From: Candidatus Saccharimonadota bacterium
Lineage (GTDB): Bacteria; Patescibacteriota; Saccharimonadia; Saccharimonadales; UBA4665
Direction of reading: 5' to 3'
Length of the DNA stretch: 32,000 bases
NCBI GenBank assembly: GCA_016699935.1
Contig: CP064992.1
Coordinates: forward strand, 630,001 to 662,000
Part shown: positions 19,673-28,668 of the stretch, one piece after another
How the letters are laid out: the number at the start of each line of letters is the position of its first letter
How positions within the stretch are numbered: the first letter of the stretch is position 1
Notes under the pieces: generated by a model
Told to the model about the DNA's origin: nothing
Databases searched by the model: none
The model's input: only the letters and a program-made list of their open reading frames with translations
Made by a program: the position numbers and the translations under genes

Positions 19673-20062
19673 GGAAGATTCTAACAGTATTTTTCATTAC
19701 ACCAGAAACTGCAGCAATGAGTATCCCGGTAACCGTCAATGCGTTGGGCGTATCTGTTAGACAGGTAATCCGGCAGATAAGCTGTTGTGCTCACCACAGT
19801 TGTCCATGATGATGGTACGTCGAGCTACGTATTGTCGCCAGGGTGTGGGCACCTTATCGTGCCTCTTGTGGCGCAACCAACTGCAAGCAATACATTAACT
19901 TCATGCCATTTGCGTTGCCAACAGAGGAGAGGCGGCAAAGATTTTTTACGCCAGCAGAGTATATTTCTTGCATCTGACCACCGTTCACAGCCGCCTGGAG
20001 GCCATGTATTGCTCGCCTCAACCGGCATGCGTTATGGGTTTCGACTGACAGGTGAGTCAAAT
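19669..20062 (+). pseudogene. hypothetical secreted protein (frameshifted), translationally coupled to the upstream gene
   Basis: ATG 19669 overlaps the upstream TGA in an ATGA arrangement. The N-terminus is MRKILTVFFITPETAAMSIPVTVNALGVSV. The frame then breaks near 19780 and continues in the 19787 ORF frame (VLTTVVHDDGTSSYVLSPG...). I recognise no motif. Confidence 0.3.
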
Positions 20063-20446
20063 ATGGTACACGATCGTATCATAGAGATTGTCTCTACTGA
20101 CATCGATGCTGTAACGGTACGTTTTTGGCCGGGTGGTCAGCAGGTGGTTATTCACTTGGATGAGACCGTTAAGGTACAGGTGGCGTATGATGCCAATCCT
20201 GACGTTGTCATGACGCTCATGCAGCTTAACGCTGATGGTAGCGTTTTGCTTCGAGTGCATTTTCCTGAACAACAACAGCTCGCTGATTCCGCGAAAGGGC
20301 AAACCGATGTATATGTGGCAACCGTGCTCGGTCTGACTGCCACAACTCTGTTCCTCTGTGTATATTTAGACTACTGGATACTCGCAAGACGGTCACTACC
20401 TCCCAAGAATTGGTGGGTTATTCATGATCATGATCCTTTTTCATAG
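20063..20446 (+). CDS. hypothetical protein with a C-terminal TM anchor (position analogous to CscD)
   Basis: An internal ATG at 20063 is preceded by AGGTGAG. The 127-aa product ends in a hydrophobic helix, VYVATVLGLTATTLFLCVYLDYWIL, followed by ARRS. No LPXTG motif is seen. Confidence 0.4.
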   Translation: MVHDRIIEIVSTDIDAVTVRFWPGGQQVVIHLDETVKVQVAYDANPDVVMTLMQLNADGSVLLRVHFPEQQQLADSAKGQTDVYVATVLGLTATTLFLCVYLDYWILARRSLPPKNWWVIHDHDPFS

Positions 20447-20466
20447 ACATGTATAACCAGAAAGTG

Positions 20467-20495
20467 TTGACATAAGCAAATTGGTGTGATAGTAT
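20467..20495 (+). promoter_or_regulatory. promoter candidate for the KGG stress-protein gene
   Basis: Consensus TTGACA (20467-20472), a 17-nt spacer, then TAGTAT (20490-20495). This predicts a leader of roughly 130 nt. Confidence 0.5.
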
Positions 20496-20630
20496 AAGCA
20501 TAATTCGAAAGGATAAGAGGGTTTCATCTGTTTGTGAAAGCAGGTGAAGCCCTTTTCTTTTGAAGCAAATATATCATATATGAGTGCGTCAGGGTCCGTC
20601 CTTGACGCGGAGACACTGGGAGGTGTTATC

Positions 20631-20837
20631 ATGGCTGGAACAAAAGCAGGCGGCATGGCCGCAGCAGCAACCAATAAGAAAAAGTACGGTAGCGACTTTT
20701 ACGCCAAAATCGGCGCAAAAGGCGGTAAAAATGGCAAAACTGGTGGCTTTGCTGCTGGTGATGCAGGTCGTGAGCGCGCTCGTGTTTACGGTGCTATCGG
20801 TGGACGCATTAGCCGCCGTACTAAAAAAAGCGCCTAA
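20631..20837 (+). CDS. KGG-repeat general stress protein (YciG-like)
   Basis: The product is MAGTKAGGMAAAATNKKKYGSDFYAKIGAKGGKNGKTGGFAAGDAGRERARVYGAIGGRISRR. It is Gly/Lys-rich with repeated KGG-type motifs. The RBS GGGAGG lies 8 nt upstream. The longer 97-aa ORF start at 20544 is unlikely. Confidence 0.7.
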   Translation: MAGTKAGGMAAAATNKKKYGSDFYAKIGAKGGKNGKTGGFAAGDAGRERARVYGAIGGRISRRTKKSA

Positions 20838-20861
20838 AGCATTGCGTTTTTGCAATTGAGC

Positions 20862-20886
20862 CTTGAGTTTAGCTCAAGACTTTTTT
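20862..20886 (+). terminator. rho-independent terminator candidate
   Basis: CTTGAG-TTTAG-CTCAAG followed by AC and a T6 run. Confidence 0.5.
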
Positions 20887-21366
20887 GCTTTTCATCTCAA
20901 AATGTATCCGTTAAACCCAAAAAACAATTAGCAAATAACAAACTAGTTCAAGATCTCAATTTCCAAAGGAAAAAATTGCAAGAGTGTGCTACTAAATGCA
21001 GTTATTTGGAATTTGTGATTTGGAACTTGGGGCTTACAATACAGCCTTGCTGAGAATGACCAAATCCCAAGCACCTATGACCGAGCAATGACTACTGGTC
21101 TAAATGACTATGTGATGCTTCAAGCTTCAAATAAGAAATTCCAAATAAAGACGAAAGTTCTAAATACCAAACGGGCTACCTAGATTCGTGAAAACCCCAG
21201 TTGCTTATGTTTTAAATCTTGAAAATGGGACTCATTGTTCTTTGCTATTTGAATTTCCAAGTTCAGTCCTATCATCATCCGTGAATTGCTTGATCATTGG
21301 TGCTTGCTGTTTTGTCATCAGTGTTTAGCTATTTGATGATATCTCCATAAATCAACACCGACCACA

Positions 21367-21876
21367 TCACCTCTTACGTCTGTACGGGCGGCAAAGACGA
21401 GAACGGGTAACATGCCAGATAGCGCCACAGTTATGGCAACTGTAGGTATGGCGGTCGGTCTGTAGGCTGCGTCCGTAGCAGGTGGGGCAAGTGGCGCGGA
21501 CATGCAGCCAGTCGCGGTAGCTATCGAGACAATCTTCTACGTAATCTTGATCTAGCCGAACACGATATTTCTTAGCCAACTCATGGGCTTTTTCCCAAGC
21601 GGCGACCTCTATCTGTAGTAGTTCAATGTCGCTTTCGTAATCGGTGTGCGCCAGGAGCGCATGACCGAGTTCATGTAGAATCGCCCAGACACCGCGCTCT
21701 TCCTCAATTCGTTCCTTCTGGTATGAAACATGCTTTTTCCCTGCGTGCCACGCAAATTGACCCGACTCAACGAAAGATAACTCTGGGTAGTCTGCGCGCA
21801 GTTTCAGCAGAAGCTGAGGAGGTCTAGGCGTACTTTTGGCAGGCATAATCGTAACATCCATAAATAACGGCTTCAT
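21367..21876 (-). CDS. HExxH metallopeptidase-like protein (ImmA/IrrE-like motif) with a C-terminal zinc ribbon; start uncertain (21876, 21861 or 21846)
   Basis: Contains VWAILHELGHALLAH plus CPTC-x15-CHNC near the C-terminus. The first ~65-75 codons of the 233-aa ORF (21367-22068) are out-of-frame ROK sequence, so an internal Met is used here. Confidence 0.55.
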   Translation of the reverse strand: MKPLFMDVTIMPAKSTPRPPQLLLKLRADYPELSFVESGQFAWHAGKKHVSYQKERIEEERGVWAILHELGHALLAHTDYESDIELLQIEVAAWEKAHELAKKYRVRLDQDYVEDCLDSYRDWLHVRATCPTCYGRSLQTDRHTYSCHNCGAIWHVTRSRLCRPYRRKR

Positions 21877-22631
21877 CGGGCGTTTCGCCGGCAGTATAGG
21901 TGGAATCTGAAGCATCGGGGTTTCGTACTGTCTCAAATCTGCAAAAAGTGCGTCTTTGAACGCGCCAAATAGTGTCCTGCGCCACCGCCAACAACTATCA
22001 CCTCGGGTTGAAGAACGGCGATTAATTGTAGGAAACCTGGCGTGAGATTGCGAGAGATTTTTTTCCATATCGCTGGGTCGTGTATCTCTGATGCAGGCTT
22101 ACCGTATGTATTTGCGATCGCCCTGCCGCCTGCAAAATCCTCCCATGGTGTCATTTTGCCTTTGTATTCAAAAAGCATAGTACGACCACCACCGTCTCCT
22201 ATGGCAGTAATGATTTCATTATTGACCACAAGAGCTTCGCCAATCCCGGTACTAATCGTTATGTATAGAACCTTGTGATAGTCTTTGATTAACATTGATT
22301 CGGATAAAGCGGCCAATTTGGCATCGTTCTCCACCAACATGGGGCAAGCAAACAACTTCTCTAAATCGCGTTGGATGGGTACCTTGCGCCAAGGAAGATT
22401 ACTAAAGCTAACGCCTATGCCTCTTCTTCTATCAAATATTGTCACCGGCATACCTACGGTACCCGCACGGAAGTCTTTGGTTTTAAAACCGTCGACGGCT
22501 ATACCAAGTTCTCGCAAGAAATCATCGTAGTCTTTCGGCGTGGGGAACTTTACAGACTCACTGATTACCCCTTCGTTTGTCACGGCAGCTACAAGTGTTT
22601 TTGTTCCTCCAATATCGATGCAGATATACAC
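21824..22631 (-). pseudogene. ROK-family sugar kinase (glucokinase-like), with a C-terminus readable only through two frameshifts
   Basis: The N-terminus is MYICIDIGGTKTLVA, with ENDAKLAALSE and ISTGIG motifs. After VVGGGAG the expected continuation TLFGAFKDALFADLRQYETPMLQIPPILPAKRP lies in a second frame. The end DEAVIYGCYDYACQKYA* (stop at 21824-21826) lies in a third. The uninterrupted ORF is 21933-22631. Confidence 0.8.
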
Positions 22632-22991
22632 AGCATTCCTCCGCTTCTTTTCCTCCAGTGTAACATGATTTATACTGTACCGACATGAATTTTAACCGTG
22701 TATTGCATGATGTTAGGGTTGTGCGACAACGCTGGGCTGAATTACCTTGGGCAGTAAAGATAGTCGCTATGCCCGCTATACTAGGAAGCACTGCCTTGAC
22801 TGCTGTGTGCAAGGAGTGGTCCTTTAATCGCCATGCGGATGAGGTGTTCGAACCTCATCATACGTCAACCCCTTTACCGCCAGGCTAAAAACAGATATAA
22901 TACAGGTAATCTTACAGGTTGAGGTGGCCGTGAGTCTTGCTTGCTGTTGCTGGAACCTGAAGAAATACACTACAAAGGAGGCATGTAAGAT

Positions 22992-24062
22992 ATGCCAAAA
23001 TCAACTACTAACGTAACAATGGACGACCTACTAGCGGGGTCTGAGCTCAAGCAGCTCGAGACAGGCGATGTCGTCGAAGGAACCATCAGCTCGGTTCGGA
23101 AACACCAGGTTTGGATAGACCTAGGCCCGCGCGGAGTCGGTATCGTCATGCGCCGCGAAGTTAGCCATGGTCAGTCTCTCGAAGAGGGTGCTCAGGTCAC
23201 GGTGAGCGTCATTGACCCGGAAATGGACGAGGGCTATGCGCTGCTGAGTATGCGCCGCGCTGCTAAAGATCGTGGCTGGGATGAACTCCAGCGCGTGTTT
23301 GAAGCCGGTGAAATTATCGAGGTACAGGCATACGATGCCAACCGTGGCGGTTTACTTGTAGAGCTAGAAGGTATCCGAGGCTTCTTACCAGTGTCACAAC
23401 TGGCGGCAGGACACTACCCACGGGTGAGTGGCGCCGACAAAGATGAAATATTGCAAAAACTCAATGCGCTTGCCAATAAGCCACTGCGCGTTCGTATCCT
23501 AGACGTGAGTCGCAAAGACAACAAGCTCATTTTCTCGGAGAAGGAAGCGGTTAAGGACGACATGCAGGCTCGGTTCGCCGAACTGAAGGTAGGTGTTGAA
23601 GTCGAAGGCATTGTAACTGGCGTGATAGACTTCGGTGCGTTCATGAATGTCGACGGTATAGAGGGGCTTATCCACATCAGTGAAATCAGCTGGGAGCGCG
23701 TGGAAAACCCACGTGATTATGTCAAGGTTGGCGAAACCGTGAAGGCGAAGATTATCGCTATAGACAAAGACCGTCTTTCCCTTAGCCTGAAACAAATGAG
23801 CGAAGACCCCTGGCTGAAAGAGGTCAAGGCGTTCAAGAAGGGTGAAAAAGTCGAGGGTAAAATTACTCGAATTACGCCGTTTGGTGCATTTGTCCAGCTG
23901 AGTTCTAGTGTCGAGGCCTTGGTGCATGTGAGCGAAATGGGTGATGATGACAGTGTTGACCCAGAGAAGATTTTCCAGCTGAATGAGAAGAAGACGTTTA
24001 AGGTGCTCGATATCGACACCGAGGCGCGTAAAATCTCCCTTAGCCTCAAGAGTGTTAAATAG
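22992..24062 (+). CDS. rpsA: 30S ribosomal protein S1 (four S1 domains)
   Basis: The 356-aa product has repeated S1 motifs (GDVVEGTISSV..., GEIIEVQAYDANRGGLLVEL, GVEVEGIVTGVIDFGAFMNV, GEKVEGKITRITPFGAFVQL). The RBS AAGGAGG lies 11 nt upstream. Confidence 0.9.
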   Translation: MPKSTTNVTMDDLLAGSELKQLETGDVVEGTISSVRKHQVWIDLGPRGVGIVMRREVSHGQSLEEGAQVTVSVIDPEMDEGYALLSMRRAAKDRGWDELQRVFEAGEIIEVQAYDANRGGLLVELEGIRGFLPVSQLAAGHYPRVSGADKDEILQKLNALANKPLRVRILDVSRKDNKLIFSEKEAVKDDMQARFAELKVGVEVEGIVTGVIDFGAFMNVDGIEGLIHISEISWERVENPRDYVKVGETVKAKIIAIDKDRLSLSLKQMSEDPWLKEVKAFKKGEKVEGKITRITPFGAFVQLSSSVEALVHVSEMGDDDSVDPEKIFQLNEKKTFKVLDIDTEARKISLSLKSVK

Positions 24063-24106
24063 TTCGTATAGTGGCCCGTGCAGCGGGTAGAAAGGAGTAG
24101 GTTACT

Positions 24107-25873
24107 ATGGCAGCCTCAATCGAAGTGCCAGATAGTATTACCGTCGGTGAACTTGCCGAAGTGCTCCAGCTACCCGCTACAAGGCTAATTGGTGAGCTTT
24201 TCAAGAACGGTATAGTTGCCACAATCAATGAGCGACTTGATTTTGACACAGCCCAGATTATCGTTGGTGAGCTCGGGCTCGATGTCGAATTGCAGCGTAA
24301 AGTTGTCGAGGTAGAACCAGTAAAGCGCCAAAAGGCCGCGCAGACCGCAAGCGCTACTGACCGACCACCAGTTGTAGCCGTGATGGGGCATGTTGACCAC
24401 GGTAAAACCAGCCTCCTCGATGCTATCCGTAGCGCACAGGTCGCCAAAGGTGAAGCGGGCGGAATTACTCAACACATTTCGGCCTACCAGGTTGAGCACA
24501 AAGATCGCCTTATTACATTTCTCGATACGCCTGGTCATGAAGCATTTGCGGCAATTCGTCAGCACGGCGCCGACTTGACCGACATCGTCATCATCGTTGT
24601 AGCGGCTGATGATGGGGTGAAACCACAGACCATCGAAGCAATTCGCTATGCGAAAAATGCCGGAACAAAGATAGTCGTCGCTATCAATAAGATGGACAAA
24701 GAGGGGGCAAACCCCGGGCTCGTCATGGGGCAGCTCGCTGAGCAGGGAGTTGTCGCGGATGACAAGGCGTGGGGTGGTGACGTACCGATGGTCGAGGTTA
24801 GTGCTAAGACTGGCGATGGCTTGACAAACCTGCTCGATACGGTGTTGCTTGTCGCTGACATAGACGAGCTCAAAGCCGATGCGACAATCCCGGCTCGAGG
24901 GCTTATCATCGAAGCTCATGTTGAACATGGGCGGGGGCCGATTGCTCATGCGCTTATAGAAGAGGGGACGCTTAAAGCTGGCGATTTCATACTGGCTGGT
25001 GGCACGTATGCCAAAGTTCGTAATCTTGATGCCACGACCGGCAAACCAATCAAAAGCGCTGGCCCATCTACCCCTGTTATCATAAGTGGCTTCAAAACGC
25101 TCCCGGAATTCGGTGATCAGTTTGAGACGGTGAAGAATGAGCGTGATGCTCGTGAACGTGCGGCGGTCGTAGCATCTGAGCGAGCGCATGGCAGTAGTCG
25201 TAGCGATATGAGTAGTAGCGAGCTGCTCCGTATCATTAGTCGGACCGACAAACTTCAGGAACTGCCTATTATCATCAAAGCAGACGTACAAGGCTCACTC
25301 ACCTCTGTAGCGGACAGCTTAAAAAGTATCGAAACCGACGAAGTGGCAGTCCGTGTCGCTGGTTCGAGCGTGGGTGTCATCAACGATAACGATATTCATC
25401 TTGCCAAAAGTACTGGGTCTATCATTTACGGGTTTAATACCAGCGTGGCTAATAACATAAAGCGACTCGCCAATCGAGACAAGGTATCGATACGCCTATA
25501 CAGTGTTATATACCAGCTTATAGATGATGCTAAAAATGAACTGAGCAAACTTCTGGCGCCTGAAGTTACCGAAAAAGAGGTCGGCACACTTGAGGTGAAG
25601 GGAGTGTTCAAGACGACGAAAACAGAGGTTATATGCGGTGGGGAAGTCTTGAGCGGCAAATTGACTACACCAGCAATGGTGCGCGTACTGAGGGGCAAAG
25701 AACAAATTGGAACTGCGAAACTAAAGGGTCTCAAGCGCGGTCCTAATGCAGCGAATGATCTTGTCGAGGGCGAACTTGGAGGGCTTGAGCTCGAAACGAG
25801 TGCACGAATTGATCTTCAGATTGGGGATAAACTCGAATTTTACGTTGTCGAGACAAAGGAAAGGACGCTATAA
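24107..25873 (+). CDS. infB: translation initiation factor IF-2 (short form)
   Basis: The G-domain motifs are VVAVMGHVDHGKTSLLD, DTPGHEAF and NKMD. The C-terminal domains are typical of IF-2. The RBS is AAGGAG. Confidence 0.95.
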   Translation: MAASIEVPDSITVGELAEVLQLPATRLIGELFKNGIVATINERLDFDTAQIIVGELGLDVELQRKVVEVEPVKRQKAAQTASATDRPPVVAVMGHVDHGKTSLLDAIRSAQVAKGEAGGITQHISAYQVEHKDRLITFLDTPGHEAFAAIRQHGADLTDIVIIVVAADDGVKPQTIEAIRYAKNAGTKIVVAINKMDKEGANPGLVMGQLAEQGVVADDKAWGGDVPMVEVSAKTGDGLTNLLDTVLLVADIDELKADATIPARGLIIEAHVEHGRGPIAHALIEEGTLKAGDFILAGGTYAKVRNLDATTGKPIKSAGPSTPVIISGFKTLPEFGDQFETVKNERDARERAAVVASERAHGSSRSDMSSSELLRIISRTDKLQELPIIIKADVQGSLTSVADSLKSIETDEVAVRVAGSSVGVINDNDIHLAKSTGSIIYGFNTSVANNIKRLANRDKVSIRLYSVIYQLIDDAKNELSKLLAPEVTEKEVGTLEVKGVFKTTKTEVICGGEVLSGKLTTPAMVRVLRGKEQIGTAKLKGLKRGPNAANDLVEGELGGLELETSARIDLQIGDKLEFYVVETKERTL

Positions 25874-25880
25874 TACGGTT

Positions 25881-26446
25881 ATGTTGAAACTAGATAACAA
25901 TCTTCTCGCAGAACTTGGTCTTGGTAGTTTACCTGAGGACCAGAAAAAAGCGATGCTACAGCATATACGAGACACTTGAACTTCGTGTCGGTACCCAGTT
26001 AGCCAACCAGATGACCGATAAGCAGCTGAGGAGTTCGAGCGCTTCATCGATGCGGGCGGCGACCAAAACCAGGCCCAGGCACTTCAGTGGCTCGAGAGCA
26101 ACCTCCGAACTACAAACAGGTTGTGAATGACGTATTTGAGGCATTGAAGGTTGAGATCAAGGGCATGGCACCCCAGATCATTGCGACGCAACAGCAGCCA
26201 GCAGTCTCGCAACCTCAGGATGCTGTGAGTTACCGCCCAACCATACCAGCAGCCCCAAGTCGCCCAGACTCCACAGCCAGCACAATACAATCCTGTTGAA
26301 CCGACTCCGGATGAGCAAAAACCATCCAGCTGTATCTCGACAATGGTTACAAAGATGTTGCCATGGTCGTCGACGTTAATGGCAGACGCCTCTTACGTTC
26401 ACGCGCCCCGCTTGACACCGACCCAACCTACAAATCCATCGGCTAA
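25881..26446 (+). pseudogene. small conserved protein (resembles DUF5663-type proteins, from memory) with a Q/P-rich linker; at least 3-4 frameshifts
   Basis: The pieces in successive frames are MLKLDNNLLAELGLGSLPEDQKKAMLQHI, YETLELRVGTQLANQMTDKQL, EEFERFIDAGGDQNQAQALQWLESNLPNYKQVVNDVFEALKVEIK, Q/P-rich linker and IQLYLDNGYKDVAMVVDVNGRRLLRSRAPLDTDPTYKSIG*. Confidence 0.5.
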
Positions 26447-26954
26447 TTGATTAGCTAACGCGTGTCATACCCCGAGCCTAAGCTCAGGTTATCTTCATTT
26501 TGTCATTCCCGCGCCGGCGGGATCCAGACTTATACTCTCATCAGTGTATTCACTACGCCTTGTAATCTCACCAATCTTCACTCCCACCGGCGGTTATAAC
26601 TGCCTCAGTTAATTATAACCTCCGAACCCAATGTGTTTGAATAACACATCGCTACTTAGCCTAGCCACAAGGGCTTGACTGGCATCAGACAACTTGTGTC
26701 GCCTGTGCGACAATATTAAAAGGCAGCCTCACGGCTGCTGTTATGCCGATGGCCCAAGTCCTCTATGGTGCTAATATAACCTCAATTCGACATAAGCATA
26801 CCTCAAAGACTCTACTCGCCGTCAGCAGCGATGCGAGAGCAGCGCCTTTAGGGATGGGAACTTTTTGGCTGGATTTACTCCAGCCAAAAGTGGGGAGGCG
26901 AGCCCTCCACTTCTGAGGTCGACAGTTATGTCAAACTCAGGCTAATATACTCAA

Positions 26955-27031
26955 TGGTGGAGCATGGCGGAGTCGAACCGCCGACCTCGGCAATGCGAAT
27001 GCCGCGCTCTAGCCAACTGAGCTAATGCCCC
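26955..27031 (-). tRNA. tRNA-Ala(CGC)
   Basis: The reverse complement folds as GGGGCAT/ATGCTCC (with G3:U70), D-arm GCTC-AGTTGGCTA-GAGC, anticodon arm CGGCA-TTCGCAT-TGCCG and T-arm GGCGG-TTCGACT-CCGCC. CCA is encoded. Confidence 0.93.
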
Positions 27032-27065
27032 AATTACGGCTAGTATATCATTCACATTCACACCA

Positions 27066-28012
27066 TTAAAGTAGCCGGCCATACCCGGCGAGGAAGGCGG
27101 AGGTGGGCATGGCGGGTTTGCCTGCGGGTTTGAGTTCGTCTATGACGAGAATGCCGTCGGTGGTTTGGAGGCAAAGCTGCTTATCGGCAACAAATATTGT
27201 TTTATTATCTACGTTATCCACGCTGTTATCTGCCACATGTGCGGATGTTATAACCACATCTTTGCCGGCTACATTTGTGCGGCTCCCAGGCCAGCCAGAT
27301 AGGCGCGTACTTCTCTTTCTAGCTGTATGGCTGGTTTAGAAAGGTCCAATACGCCATCTATTTTGCTAATTTTATGTGAATAGCTGGCAATATGTGGGTA
27401 GTCAACCTCTGGTACTACAGCAGCGATTTTCCTGAGGAATGACCTGGGCACCTTCAAGATAGTGTGGGAGGTTATTTCGCAGGAGCGCAGCACTGAGTTG
27501 ATAAGACCATTTGTGAGCGACTGATTGGTTTCAGTTCCATCCAAATCGACGAGCCCAAATGCCAGGATATCGCCTTCGTCAAGCTTTTCGACAACTTTCA
27601 TAAGGCTCACTCCGGTTAGCTTCTGGCCACTGAGAATCGAAAAAGTTATTGGATCGGCTCCGCGCCACTCTGGCAGAAGGCTGAAATGGCTATTGATAAT
27701 CCCGAGCGGGAATGCATCTATGACGTCTTGCCGGACAATTATGCCGAAGTCAATCAGCACTCCCACACGGCTTACAAAGCTTTCCTGGGCGATTAATTCA
27801 GATAATTCTTTGGCATTATTTGCGGTTATAGTGCGAGTTCCAAGTTTTGTGGCCAATTCAAGCACTGGAACGGAGCCTTTGTGGTGAGGTGGCCTTGGTT
27901 TTGTAATAACGGCTTCGATAGTAAATGAATTTGTCAGCAAATCAAGTGACGCGGCTGCTACTGGGCCGGTGCCGAAAAAAACTATGCTCGGTTTATCCCC
28001 AGAGGTCGACAT
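27066..28012 (-). pseudogene. fmt: methionyl-tRNA formyltransferase, at least 1 frameshift near 27260-27290
   Basis: Contains IVFFGTGP and HFSLLPEWRGADPI (the SLLP-RG motif). The C-terminal domain continues in ORF 27066-27257. The gene overlaps def by 20 nt, the usual def-fmt arrangement. Confidence 0.85.
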
Positions 28013-28565
28013 TGTTTATTATGTCCTTTTCGTAGTCTAATGGCTCAAGTTTTCTTTCGCTGCTAAGCACAAAAAAAGCTTGAGCGTCGTCTTTGATATG
28101 GTCGATAAAAACTTTGCCGTTGGTATGGTCTATCTCGTGTTGAAAAACGCGAGCCAGGAAGCCCTCAGCGGTGAGGCGGATTTCTTTACCGTCCATACCT
28201 AAGGCTTTCACACGTACTTTGCTATGACGTGGCACCAAACCGTATACATTTTTTATACTTAGACACCCCTCGTAATCGGCGATTATCGCACCCTCGTATT
28301 TCGTTATTTCTGGGTTAATGAAAACCCGAAACGTCCGGTCAGTCTTGTCATCGAAATTATTACGTATGATGACCACACGATACAGCTGATCGATTTGTAC
28401 TGCGGCTAGAGCTACGCCTACTTCATGTTCACGACTATCTTCCCAGTCTAGCGTCGCCTTTTCCATCTCAGCGATAAGCTTACGAACTTCATCACCAATA
28501 TAGCCAATTTTTTTACTGCGCTCTCGCAGATGGTGATTAGGAAGTGTGATCAAAGATTTACTCAT
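27993..28565 (-). CDS. def: peptide deformylase
   Basis: Contains the deformylase motifs GVALAAVQI, EGCLS and QHEIDHTNG. Confidence 0.93.
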   Translation of the reverse strand: MSKSLITLPNHHLRERSKKIGYIGDEVRKLIAEMEKATLDWEDSREHEVGVALAAVQIDQLYRVVIIRNNFDDKTDRTFRVFINPEITKYEGAIIADYEGCLSIKNVYGLVPRHSKVRVKALGMDGKEIRLTAEGFLARVFQHEIDHTNGKVFIDHIKDDAQAFFVLSSERKLEPLDYEKDIINNVDLWG

Positions 28566-28668
28566 GGCACCTAGTATATCAGATAGTTGCTTCTGGATTT
28601 GTGCTTAACTTTGTGCCGAGCTAGACAGTCTTTTGCCAAAATATATCTACCTGAAAGTTGGCTTAGCA

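Noticed and set aside
22685-22888. A 67-aa ORF in the divergent ROK/rpsA intergenic region
   Set aside because: It has one hydrophobic stretch but no RBS, no motif and no supporting context. It cannot be distinguished from a chance ORF in promoter DNA.
24185-25291. A 368-aa ORF antisense to infB, plus shorter antisense ORFs in rpsA and in the DUF916-like gene (e.g. 15860-16423)
   Set aside because: The sense strands encode unmistakable IF-2, S1 and DUF916-like proteins. The antisense translations are low-complexity with no motif. Long antisense ORFs commonly arise by chance from the sense strand's codon composition.
26503-26526. The hairpin ATTCCCGCGCCGGCGGGAT, which resembles Neisseria dRS3-type repeats (ATTCCC-N8-GGGAAT)
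   Set aside because: It is a single occurrence with an imperfect right arm (GGGATC). It is most simply a GC-rich hairpin, and there is no reason to link it to an unrelated lineage's repeat family.
26447-26954. Calling this region RNase P RNA or tmRNA
   Set aside because: The RNase P-like blocks are split between the two strands and are in the wrong order, and no P4 helix can be paired. The tmRNA-like stretch (UUCUGAGGUCGACAG) has no tRNA-like 3' end downstream, because the space is occupied by a bona fide tRNA-Ala and fmt. The region is kept as an unknown-RNA candidate only.
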